Origin: Oligoflexales bacterium
Lineage (GTDB): Bacteria; Bdellovibrionota_B; Oligoflexia; Oligoflexales; RGVZ01
NCBI GenBank assembly: GCA_044236265.1
Contig: JBIIGV010000075.1
Coordinates: forward strand, 1-13,924
Length of the DNA: 13,924 nucleotides
Reading direction: 5' to 3'
Each line of letters begins with the position of its first letter. Position 1 is the first letter of the stretch. Shown here in pieces: positions 1-7,882 of the stretch. Both the position numbers and the translations under genes were made by a program. Below the pieces are notes generated by a model, which had not been told where the DNA came from, did no database searches, and was given only the letters and a program-made list of their open reading frames with translations.

Positions 1-1035
1 CAGATTCTTAATTGGGTGATTGATTCTGTTTTAGACTGGGAACGTCATCATCATGTCCAATTTGATGCATTTTTGATGCATGACAGTGAGGACTTAATTC
101 ATCCCAGGGCTCTAAAGCTGATTAATTCTCATTTGGATACAGCAGACTTCGTTCAAATTCCTGTGTTTTCCCTCGAGCGTAGCCCTTGGTCGCTAGTCGC
201 CGGGGTCTATGTTGATGAGTTTGCCGAATCTCACACCAAAGACATGCTGGTGCGCAATTTCCTTGGTGGCCCCATTCCCTCGGCCGGTGTTGGAACCTGT
301 ATGTCGCGGGCCTTTGTGCTCGCTCAGAAATTGCGAAATGGTGGGCATCTTTTCAATAGTCAGTGCCTGACTGAGGACTATGAGCTGGGTGTTGTTGCGG
401 GTCTTTCCGGCGTTCGGCAGGCTTTTGTAGCAGCGTTGTACAACGATCCCAAAGAAGGTCATCAGGAATTGATAGCGACACGCGAGTATTTTCCAAAATC
501 TTTTAGGCGAAGTGTTCGTCAGAAGACGCGCTGGACACTTGGCATCGCTTTGCAGTCATGGCGGTCTATTGGCTGGTCCGGCGGATTGGTGCAGAGATAC
601 TTTCTGATGCGCGATCGCAAAGGGTTGGTCACTAATCCTCTGATGTTGCTCGGATACATATGGCTGATTCTTTTTCTTTCGGCTGGTCATATTTCGGACT
701 TTTCGTCAGTATCTCTCGATTCGCCGGGCGTTGGCATCTTCGCGGGGGTAGCCGGATTTTTTGCTTTAAATCGTGTTGCGCAGAGGATGATTTGTGTGAG
801 TCGCGTTTATGGACCGGCATCAGTTATCGTAGTTCCACTTAGGCTTCCCATTGGCAATGTGATTAATGCATTTGCAGTAATTAATGCAGTTTTCAAGGAT
901 TCAGTCTCAAGGATTACCAAGCGAAAGTTAGCGTGGGCCAAGACAAGTCACGAGCTTCCAGCGAACTTTGGTGTTTCGATTGAGGTTGCGCCGCCGCAAT
1001 TACCGCATACGCAAGTAGCGCAAGGACGGTCATGA
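1..1035 (+). CDS. nfrB: NfrB-like (phage N4 adsorption protein B family) processive GT2 glycosyltransferase, 5'-truncated by the window edge
   Basis: Frame 1 is open from base 1 (QILNWVIDSV...), so the GTG at 16 is probably internal. Motifs typical of NfrB: HDSED (79-93), VQIPV, YVDEFAESHTKD, PSAGVGT, LTEDY (TED 370-378), TREYFP, QKTRW (QxxRW, 520-534), RDRKG, then C-terminal hydrophobic/TM segments and WAKTSHELP. The stop overlaps the next start (ATGA, 1032-1035). Confidence 0.88.
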   Translation, partial: QILNWVIDSVLDWERHHHVQFDAFLMHDSEDLIHPRALKLINSHLDTADFVQIPVFSLERSPWSLVAGVYVDEFAESHTKDMLVRNFLGGPIPSAGVGTCMSRAFVLAQKLRNGGHLFNSQCLTEDYELGVVAGLSGVRQAFVAALYNDPKEGHQELIATREYFPKSFRRSVRQKTRWTLGIALQSWRSIGWSGGLVQRYFLMRDRKGLVTNPLMLLGYIWLILFLSAGHISDFSSVSLDSPGVGIFAGVAGFFALNRVAQRMICVSRVYGPASVIVVPLRLPIGNVINAFAVINAVFKDSVSRITKRKLAWAKTSHELPANFGVSIEVAPPQLPHTQVAQGRS

Positions 1036-2831
1036 AAGAGCGCCTCCTCATCGTCATAATATCCTTCGTGTCCTGTTTTAGACAGCATGTGATCGCGGAC
1101 GAAACATCAGAGTGCGTAAAAATTCTTTATGACGCAATTCAGAGCGATCAGAAAATGACCTACTTTGGTCGGATTCATGCCATGTTTCTGGAGAACGTTC
1201 TTGGACATTTTCCTAAATATCAGGTGATTCTGTCGCCGATGTCGATGTATCAGGCTGGCGACGTAGAGACATGTAAAGCCACGATCTACCTCTCTACGTA
1301 TTACGAGGCGCCTATTCCAGGCTCGTTTATTGATGATTTTTCGTCGACTAAACGAAGTGTCGTCTGGGCGGGCTACAATAGTTGGAAATTAGGTCACTCA
1401 CGCCTTAAGACATTATGGGGATTAAACTTTAAGGGTTTGACAAAACTTGAGTCCGAACGACGAGATGAAAAGGGGAGGCCAGGCTTCTATCGATATTACT
1501 CGTATAAAGGTGAGACGTTCGAAAAATATGGTGAATGGGATGTGAAAGATCCTGCTCGCTTTCATGCTGCGTTCGAGATAGCTCAGTTTGATTTGGAGAG
1601 CGAGTCTGATGCAGAGAACGTTCGTTCTTGGTCGACTCATAACACGTTGGATGCACCCAGACTTCCATACATTATTGAAAAGGATAACAAATGGTTGATT
1701 GGCGATAGCCCATTCTCTTATGCGATTGAGTCAGATCGTTATTTGATTTTTTGTGATCTTTTGTTTGATATTTTGAAGGAAAAGCCGCGCCGAACATCAG
1801 GCCCTCGTCCTGCTCTATTTCGGGTTGAGGACGTCCATGCAATGATTCCTCTTTGGCAGCTGTTTAATCTTGTAGACGTATTAAAAAAGTACTCCGTCCC
1901 TTATGTGATGACGATTATTCCCATATTTACAGATCCGTTCGGGGTTGAAGTTCATGATGTGACAAATCGATTTGTTCCCCTTACGAGAGACTTGGTTGTA
2001 CGAGAGGCGTTAGACTATGCAAAAAGATCTGGAGGAAGGTTTTTTTACCATGGCGTGACCCATCAGTATGGCAAGACCCGTAACCCGTTTTCCGGTGTCA
2101 CAGGCTCGGATTTTGAATTTTGGGATCGTGTTCACAACCGTCCAATTGCCGAGGACGATGTTCATTTTATTCTAGGTCGCTTGGAAGATGGTCTTCAAAT
2201 TCTTGAGTTAGCCGGAATAAATTTTGAGGGATGGGTCACGCCTCACTATCAGGCGTCCCCTTTGGCGTATCGATTATTTTCGCAGTTATTTACCTGGACA
2301 GCTGGTCGGCACATCTACTTCCCCCATCGCTGGAAGCAGTACGTGCCGCTACCTGAAGGTCTAGCGATGGATAAATCTATGACGACCGGCCGCGAGCAGC
2401 GTTATGAGTATCTGGCGGATATAGAGGTAAGTTACGATCAAAGCCAGCTTCCAAACGGTCAATTTTATCCCTACGAAATTTTCGGCGATATTTACGGTCA
2501 ACGGGTGATTCCAGAAAATGTTGGAAATGTGCAGGCATATTTGAACGAACAGGTTTTTCGGATTCAGACGGTCGACGGTATGATCGCAAATCTGAAGCGA
2601 AATCGGGTCCTCCGGGATGTCTGGGGTTCGTTTTTCATCCACCCGTTTTGTATATCCGCTCGCGAGAACGCCGGATTGGGCCTCTTCCCAGGTGATGTTG
2701 CTGAGATCGAGCGTTTAATTAAGGCGGTTCGCGAAAATGGATATGAGTTTATTGATATAGCGACATGGACCAAAGAAAACACGCTTCCCAAGCGTAAACC
2801 AACAATTGAGGTTTTACTGGATGAGATTTGA
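1032..2831 (+). CDS. DUF2334-family (CE4/NodB-like) putative polysaccharide deacetylase, probably exported
   Basis: 599-aa ORF with a hydrophobic N-terminus. NodB-like motifs: FRVEDVH (1818-1838), metal-binding HGVTH (2049-2063), TPHY (PHY 2241-2249), IPEN.GNV and SFFIHP. Translationally coupled to the GT2 gene. Confidence 0.8.
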   Translation: MKERLLIVIISFVSCFRQHVIADETSECVKILYDAIQSDQKMTYFGRIHAMFLENVLGHFPKYQVILSPMSMYQAGDVETCKATIYLSTYYEAPIPGSFIDDFSSTKRSVVWAGYNSWKLGHSRLKTLWGLNFKGLTKLESERRDEKGRPGFYRYYSYKGETFEKYGEWDVKDPARFHAAFEIAQFDLESESDAENVRSWSTHNTLDAPRLPYIIEKDNKWLIGDSPFSYAIESDRYLIFCDLLFDILKEKPRRTSGPRPALFRVEDVHAMIPLWQLFNLVDVLKKYSVPYVMTIIPIFTDPFGVEVHDVTNRFVPLTRDLVVREALDYAKRSGGRFFYHGVTHQYGKTRNPFSGVTGSDFEFWDRVHNRPIAEDDVHFILGRLEDGLQILELAGINFEGWVTPHYQASPLAYRLFSQLFTWTAGRHIYFPHRWKQYVPLPEGLAMDKSMTTGREQRYEYLADIEVSYDQSQLPNGQFYPYEIFGDIYGQRVIPENVGNVQAYLNEQVFRIQTVDGMIANLKRNRVLRDVWGSFFIHPFCISARENAGLGLFPGDVAEIERLIKAVRENGYEFIDIATWTKENTLPKRKPTIEVLLDEI

Positions 2832-4620
2832 GACGATGCTTATGCAGGAAAAAATATCGGACAACCTACGATGCGTTTCACATGCTTTTTGGGTTTATTT
2901 CGCGCTCTACTTATCGCTATGGTCTTGGTCAGGTGGTTTGTGGGCTGTTTCACCGAGTCCCGAGGAATTGCTGTCAGAGTCTCGCCGTGGCCGCGTGGAA
3001 ATGATCAAAGCAGTTAGCGACTTTACGGCCATTGTTCCAACAATTCCAACAAAAGAAGAGCTGTTCCCATATCTCGTCATTCTAGATGACTTATCGTTGT
3101 TAGAGACGGATTACGGCTTAGAGTCTATGGGTCAGTCGGTGGTGAAAATTTTGGGCTTTGCTGTGACCAATGCATCAACAAAGTGGCTTAGATTGGATTC
3201 GGACAAGGTCGAGTATGTTGAAGCCTTCATGAAGTATGCAGATAACAACGTTCGAAATAATTTTGCAGAGCAGCAGGATCAATACCTGATTAACGATCCG
3301 CCTCTGGAAGTGACTCTTAATTGGATTGATAAAAGTGCCTGGGCGATTGCGTTGGCGAATGCGGTTAGAGCTGACTTCTTTGTGGTTTTGTCTTTCGAGG
3401 ATTTTCAGGCTTCCGTCGTTAAACGGGCATTCCGCGACATCTCTAGACTGACAGATGAAAATATCGAATTAATAATATCAAAAGTTTCTGCAATCGCTGC
3501 GTTAAACGAGGTCGATGCTTATATGAACTCACTTGCAGCGCAGGCAGATAGTGTTCCCAAGGTTTTACGGTCTTTAAGGTTTGCCTGCATCTTCGATAAA
3601 TCTATCAAATCAAATCCCAGATCTTCCGTCACGCTTCAAAATGCTGCTGCTAATTCGATTAATGATGCTCTTCAGCGATTGATCAACCTACGCGGAGCAG
3701 TGCCCGAGGATGAGATCAATAAGGCTATTCAGATTCTGCCACCCCCAGTCGTAGCAAACATTTCAAATCTATTGGTTAGCTTGAGTGACAGACTCGTCTA
3801 TAGGGATCAGGTTGATTTTCTTTTAAATCTAGCTCGAGGTCTATCTGCAAGGCTTGGTGACCTCGGAATGGGGCAACAGCAAGTAGCGATTGATGCGTTT
3901 GCTAGTCGTTTGCAGATAATGAAGCGTGTTTACTTCAAAAATTTTGAAGGTACCTACGGAGTTCGATTTGACAAACTGGGTGGCGGAACGCTGACGATTC
4001 TCCATACGGGTGGCGGTCGTATTGCCGCGACCATGAGCTTTCGCGATCGTAGGAGTGGGCTGGAGGTTCCGTATTCCTTGTTTTACTTTGAATACGACGG
4101 TAACAGAGCCCTATTTCAATCTACTCGCTTCCCGTTTGATAACACCGAAGGGCAGCTTCCCGCTGACAATATAGCCGACCTATATTTCCAGCTTGAGGAA
4201 AACTCTAACTGTATTTTTGGGTCCTTTGGCGCTCCGATGGGGCAGGACCTGTTTCGTGCGTGTAAAGAAGAGCTCGTCACAAGCTTTGACAGAGAGGTAC
4301 CTGGTCAACCTTTGGCTGATGTTACGTCTCTATGGTCTGGAACCTGTGCTGGCCACGATATTCAGTTACGGATCAGTCAAGTTGGGCGAAGGGTCGTGGG
4401 AAATTGGATGGATCGGGACGCATGGATTGCTGTGCCGTTTGCATACGGTGTCATTAACCCTATGGCCCGCTCAGTAACTCTGACTTCCGGCCAGCTTGAT
4501 GTGGGGCGATTTGCGCAGGCGCGTGTTTTGTTTTCGTCTGAGCAACAGATTGAGGTTGAGTACATTCTGGCGGGCCGTGGTGTTGCCTGTCATACAGTTT
4601 TTAATCGTTTAGCAATTTGA
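2821..4620 (+). CDS. Hypothetical exported/membrane-anchored protein (helical N-terminal part, beta-rich C-terminal part)
   Basis: Long ORF (track 2806..4620). ATG 2821 preferred because GAGGT (2808-2812) lies 8 nt upstream; ATGs at 2836 and 2842 are alternatives. Hydrophobic segment AFWVYFALYLSLWSWSGGLWA resembles a signal/TM helix. No catalytic motif recognised. Confidence 0.75.
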   Translation: MRFETMLMQEKISDNLRCVSHAFWVYFALYLSLWSWSGGLWAVSPSPEELLSESRRGRVEMIKAVSDFTAIVPTIPTKEELFPYLVILDDLSLLETDYGLESMGQSVVKILGFAVTNASTKWLRLDSDKVEYVEAFMKYADNNVRNNFAEQQDQYLINDPPLEVTLNWIDKSAWAIALANAVRADFFVVLSFEDFQASVVKRAFRDISRLTDENIELIISKVSAIAALNEVDAYMNSLAAQADSVPKVLRSLRFACIFDKSIKSNPRSSVTLQNAAANSINDALQRLINLRGAVPEDEINKAIQILPPPVVANISNLLVSLSDRLVYRDQVDFLLNLARGLSARLGDLGMGQQQVAIDAFASRLQIMKRVYFKNFEGTYGVRFDKLGGGTLTILHTGGGRIAATMSFRDRRSGLEVPYSLFYFEYDGNRALFQSTRFPFDNTEGQLPADNIADLYFQLEENSNCIFGSFGAPMGQDLFRACKEELVTSFDREVPGQPLADVTSLWSGTCAGHDIQLRISQVGRRVVGNWMDRDAWIAVPFAYGVINPMARSVTLTSGQLDVGRFAQARVLFSSEQQIEVEYILAGRGVACHTVFNRLAI

Positions 4621-4624
4621 GGGG

Positions 4625-5902
4625 ATGCGTATGATTCGGTTTATTTTGTCTTTAATGTTATTTTGGCAGTCGACGATATTGTGCGCTGCTGCTGTGCAGC
4701 AGGGTTTTTCTCTGACAGAAATTGGCGAGTATAAATACGATGCCAGCATGGACCCTTTGCGTAAGACCGATGCTCAGAAAGCTGTAGATCAGATCTATAG
4801 CGTAGGTGGTCGACACGTGAGCCTCAGTCCGCGTGCAATTATGCGCGACCCAAAAGGTATCGAGGTCATCCCCCTGACCCCTTTAGCTGAGCGCGCTGTT
4901 GAGCGTGAGCGCTATCGTCGCTTCATTGCTTATATCAAAAGTAAGGGTATGACAGTGGGTATTAGACCGATTTTTTTCGTGGTCGACAGTGCAGGGCGAA
5001 CCCCCGTGATCGAAAGTCTTCCTGATGGCACTCAAAAAAATTGGTGGCACGGTAATATCCAACCGCGTGATCCAAATGCATGGTTTGAGTCCTTTAAAAC
5101 CTATCTTGATATCTACATGACGATTGCAAAAATAACCCAGGTAGAAGAATTTACCATCGGTGCGGAATTATACTCCATGACCGTTGGGATTGAGGATCAA
5201 TGGAAAGAGCATCCTCATGGATTCCCAGGGCGTTGGCTTGAGCTTTTAAAATATACAAGACAGCGGCTAGGACCAAACGTGCGCCTTATGTACGACATTA
5301 ATTTCACAGACGATAAGGCTGTGGGACCAACCGCTGCGGAATTTGGTGGTGAGATTGCCCGTTGGCGCTACCGGATTGTCGACCTAGCCAATCCGACCGA
5401 TCCTGCGCAATTGAAGATCTGGCAGGATCTGTGTAATTTCTGGAAAGAGATGGATGTTGTTGGCATTGATATGTATCGAAGCTTCGGAAATGCCGGCACC
5501 AATTATTCCATGATGGGTACAACTGAGCTTGCCGATACGCTGCGGGAGACCAGTGATCGATACGCAACCCAGTTAGATAACGTTTTTGTGGAGATTGAAT
5601 CGGTAGTCGGCGTACCAAAAACGGCGATCTTTAAAGAGGTGGGCTTTCGCTCGATTACTCGAGGCTTTGTGAACCCATTCGAATATGTTTCCCGTCCTGG
5701 TGAGATGAACTCAGGTCACCAGGCGGCGGCCTACAGGGCATTTTTCAAGTCGTTTCATGAAGCCGGGTTTCCTTGGTATAAGGGTGTCTACTTTTGGGAC
5801 GTGTCGGTTGATCCAAAGCTGCAAGGTCCAAGCGACCAGGGCTTTAGTCCATTAGGTAAATCTGATACCGAAAAGGAAATTCGTGAGGCGTTTAAAGATT
5901 GA
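4625..5902 (+). CDS. Secreted GH113-like (clan GH-A TIM-barrel) glycoside hydrolase
   Basis: Signal-peptide-like N-terminus (MRMIRFILSLMLFWQSTILCAAA). Motifs WHGNIQP, WFESF, IGAEL (candidate acid/base E181, 5165-5167), MDVVGIDMY, FKEVGFRS (candidate nucleophile E338, 5636-5638), QAAAYRA, GVYFW and FSPLGK match the GH113-like pattern. True start may be ATG 4631 (better spacing from GAGG at 4619-4622). Confidence 0.78.
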   Translation: MRMIRFILSLMLFWQSTILCAAAVQQGFSLTEIGEYKYDASMDPLRKTDAQKAVDQIYSVGGRHVSLSPRAIMRDPKGIEVIPLTPLAERAVERERYRRFIAYIKSKGMTVGIRPIFFVVDSAGRTPVIESLPDGTQKNWWHGNIQPRDPNAWFESFKTYLDIYMTIAKITQVEEFTIGAELYSMTVGIEDQWKEHPHGFPGRWLELLKYTRQRLGPNVRLMYDINFTDDKAVGPTAAEFGGEIARWRYRIVDLANPTDPAQLKIWQDLCNFWKEMDVVGIDMYRSFGNAGTNYSMMGTTELADTLRETSDRYATQLDNVFVEIESVVGVPKTAIFKEVGFRSITRGFVNPFEYVSRPGEMNSGHQAAAYRAFFKSFHEAGFPWYKGVYFWDVSVDPKLQGPSDQGFSPLGKSDTEKEIREAFKD

Positions 5903-5908
5903 TGGACG

Positions 5909-5940
5909 TATAATGACCTCCAAATAATGTTGGAGGTCAT
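5909..5940 (+). promoter_or_regulatory. TATAAT -10 box overlapping a perfect 11-bp inverted repeat that contains the SD of the aminotransferase gene
   Basis: TATAAT at 5909-5914. ATGACCTCCAA (5913-5923), 6-nt loop, TTGGAGGTCAT (5930-5940). GGAGGT at 5932-5937 is 8 nt before ATG 5946. No good -35 box is visible. Confidence 0.6.
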
Positions 5941-5945
5941 ACCGC

Positions 5946-7100
5946 ATGGACCGCGAACTTTTTACTCCCAATCGACTCTTTTGCCCGGGGCCGACCCCCC
6001 AGTCTTGGGGGAGCAAGCAGGCTGCGCTTGATAGCGATATTTATCACCGCAGTAAAGACTTTGAGGCGGTCGTCATGGACTGTGTCCGGATGCTGAAGCC
6101 CTTATTTGGCACCAGCACGCAACCGGTTATCCTGACCTGCTCCGGTACAGGGGCGATGGAAGCTGTGGTGGTGAATCTAACGAGTCCCGGTGATCAGGTG
6201 ATTGTGATTGTTGCAGGCAAGTTTGGCGAGCGCTGGCAAAAGCTCAATCAAATTTATGGTAACCAAGTGACCGCGATTTCGGTGAAATACGGGTCTACTC
6301 CAACCTCCCAGCAAATCGCGGAAGCGTTTAAAACTTGCCCAAAACCGCGAGCCATCTTCTTTCAAGCACACGAGACGTCTACGGGTGCTCGACTGGATGT
6401 GTCCGCCATCGCATCACAGGTGCGTGCCCTTTCGCCTGAGACTCTGATTGTTGCAGACGCGATTTCCTCTCTTGGTGCCCACGAGATCAAGATGGATGAA
6501 CACCATCTCGACGCAGTCACTGCCGGTAGTCAAAAAGGTTTTGGTGTTGCTCCAGGGCTAAGCTTTGTGGCGCTCTCTGATCGCGCGTGGAAGTCAAGGT
6601 CGAGCCGTGCCAAGTTTTATTTTGATTTAGAAAAGGAGAGGGCAGGGCAGGAGACGGGTCGTACAGCCTGGACCCCTGGGGTCTCTCTGATTCAAAGTTT
6701 ACATGTGGCTCTAAAGGAGATCGCTGAAATCGGCCCGAAGCGATTTGCAGACCATCATGCGCGGTTGGCCGCGGCCTCGCGCGCAGCTGTCAAGGCGATG
6801 GGACTTGATCTTTTTGTTGATGAGTCAGCGGTATCCAGTGTTCTAACGGCCATCAAGGTGCCGAGCGGCATCGACGGCTCAAAAATTTTAACCACCGCAA
6901 AGTCGAGATACGGCGCCATTATTTCAGGTGGGCAAGATGACTTGAAAGGCAAAATTATAAGGTTTAGTCACTTAGGTTTTGTGAGTCCCTTCATGCTGAT
7001 CGAGGGTCTAGCAGCATTAGAGTTTGCATTTGCTGATGAGGGGTACAAGTTCCAATTGGGTGCTGGGGTTGCAGCAGCGATGAAGAGCCTGAGGTCCTAG
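5946..7100 (+). CDS. Class V PLP-dependent aminotransferase (alanine-glyoxylate/serine-pyruvate aminotransferase family)
   Basis: PGPT, HRS, SGTGAMEA, GKFGERW, HETSTG, DAISSLG, GSQKG (PLP lysine K197, 6534-6536), T-P in TAWTPG, GGQ..LKGKIIRFSHLG. 384 aa with a strong SD. Confidence 0.93.
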   Translation: MDRELFTPNRLFCPGPTPQSWGSKQAALDSDIYHRSKDFEAVVMDCVRMLKPLFGTSTQPVILTCSGTGAMEAVVVNLTSPGDQVIVIVAGKFGERWQKLNQIYGNQVTAISVKYGSTPTSQQIAEAFKTCPKPRAIFFQAHETSTGARLDVSAIASQVRALSPETLIVADAISSLGAHEIKMDEHHLDAVTAGSQKGFGVAPGLSFVALSDRAWKSRSSRAKFYFDLEKERAGQETGRTAWTPGVSLIQSLHVALKEIAEIGPKRFADHHARLAAASRAAVKAMGLDLFVDESAVSSVLTAIKVPSGIDGSKILTTAKSRYGAIISGGQDDLKGKIIRFSHLGFVSPFMLIEGLAALEFAFADEGYKFQLGAGVAAAMKSLRS

Positions 7101-7125
7101 TGGCCCGGGCCTACTGACCGCGCAC

Positions 7126-7152
7126 AGGTGTCAATGATTCTGACACCTTTTT
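7126..7152 (+). promoter_or_regulatory. Palindrome AGGTGTCA-N7-TGACACCT: candidate enhancer-binding-protein site and/or intrinsic terminator of the aminotransferase gene
   Basis: Perfect 8-bp arms at 7126-7133 and 7141-7148, running into T5 (7148-7152). It starts 26 nt after the aminotransferase stop and ends about 40 nt upstream of a sigma54 -24 box. Confidence 0.5.
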
Positions 7153-7186
7153 GATAGAAAAAGCAAATAAAAACAGATATTTAAAG

Positions 7187-7203
7187 TCGGCATGGAGATT
7201 GCT
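7187..7203 (+). promoter_or_regulatory. sigma54 (RpoN) -24/-12 promoter
   Basis: TCGGCATGGAGATTGCT versus consensus TGGCAC-N5-TTGCW. GG (7189-7190) and GC (7201-7202) are separated by exactly 10 nt. Preceded by an AT-rich tract (7148-7185) and correctly oriented upstream of the lipoprotein gene. Confidence 0.72.
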
Positions 7204-7258
7204 CTGATCTGGGTGTAGGCTTTTCGGCCCAAGATTTTAATTGAGAAGGAACCCTGCC

Positions 7259-7822
7259 ATGAAAGCAATGAAGACATGTTTTGTTACAGCGATGTTAGCC
7301 CTAACTTCGGCGTGTGGCGTCAAAGAGCAGGGGGCTTCTTTAAAAGATGACGCGGCAAAGCATGATTTTGCCTCCATTGGTCGTGGCTCGAAATTGGTAT
7401 TACTAAAAGATATCGAAATTCCTGCTAATCGTGAGCAGGCGCTCATTGGTCCTTTGACTTACTACACGACAATCAACGAATATGAAGGTACTGAATATCA
7501 GCACTACGTCGTTTGTGGTTTTTATGCTCGTGAGGCGACTTTAGAACGACGAATGATCCCAAAAGGATCATCCATAGAATTTAGTGGTGAGGCTGCCACT
7601 ATACCAAACGGTGAAAACTCTGATCAGATGATCGATGCTGTTGGTATCTCAAGCCCAGCTGCGATTGAGGGTCTTGGGTGCATGAAGATGATAGCGAGCT
7701 GCAGAGGTCGTATCTGCAAAGCTCCAAATCAGACCAAGTTTAAGATTGAAGATCTGCGAATTTTATTCAAAGACGTGGCCACGGTCGAATTGGCTGCTCC
7801 AGTCATTATTACAAACAAGTGA
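7259..7822 (+). CDS. Hypothetical lipoprotein (187 aa)
   Basis: ATG 7259 has AAGGA (7246-7250) 8 nt upstream, better than the TTG at 7241. MKAMKTCFVTAMLALTSA-CG is a basic + hydrophobic leader with a lipobox-like Cys19. Four further Cys occur in the mature part. Followed by a strong terminator. Confidence 0.78.
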   Translation: MKAMKTCFVTAMLALTSACGVKEQGASLKDDAAKHDFASIGRGSKLVLLKDIEIPANREQALIGPLTYYTTINEYEGTEYQHYVVCGFYAREATLERRMIPKGSSIEFSGEAATIPNGENSDQMIDAVGISSPAAIEGLGCMKMIASCRGRICKAPNQTKFKIEDLRILFKDVATVELAAPVIITNK

Positions 7823-7831
7823 TCCGAAAAC

Positions 7832-7861
7832 AAAAGCCCCGGCATCTGCCGGGGCTTTTTT
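7832..7861. terminator. Bidirectional rho-independent terminator
   Basis: AAAAGCCCCGGC-ATCT-GCCGGGGCTTTTTT: GC-rich stem with an A-tract before and a T-tract after, lying between convergent genes ending at 7822 (+) and 7883 (-). Confidence 0.92.
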
Positions 7862-7882
7862 GTGTTTCTGCTGCGAGATCAA

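Noticed and set aside
16..18. GTG start for the GT2 ORF given in the ORF track
   Set aside because: The frame is open to base 1 and the N-terminal part of the GT2 domain is missing, so the real start lies upstream of the window.
5946..7100. Aminotransferase as a sugar aminotransferase of the glycan operon
   Set aside because: Its motifs are class V AGT/SPT-type, not DegT/DnrJ-type, and it appears to have its own -10 box; adjacency alone is not enough.
7102..7111. GGCCCGGGCC palindrome after the aminotransferase stop, with a similar CCCGGG next to the tgt stop (10522-10527 region)
   Set aside because: Too short, only two imperfect copies, no REP-like family evident.
193..7446. Short alternative-frame and antisense ORFs within the glycan operon, aminotransferase and lipoprotein genes
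   Set aside because: Nested in or overlapping well-supported genes, with no family motifs.
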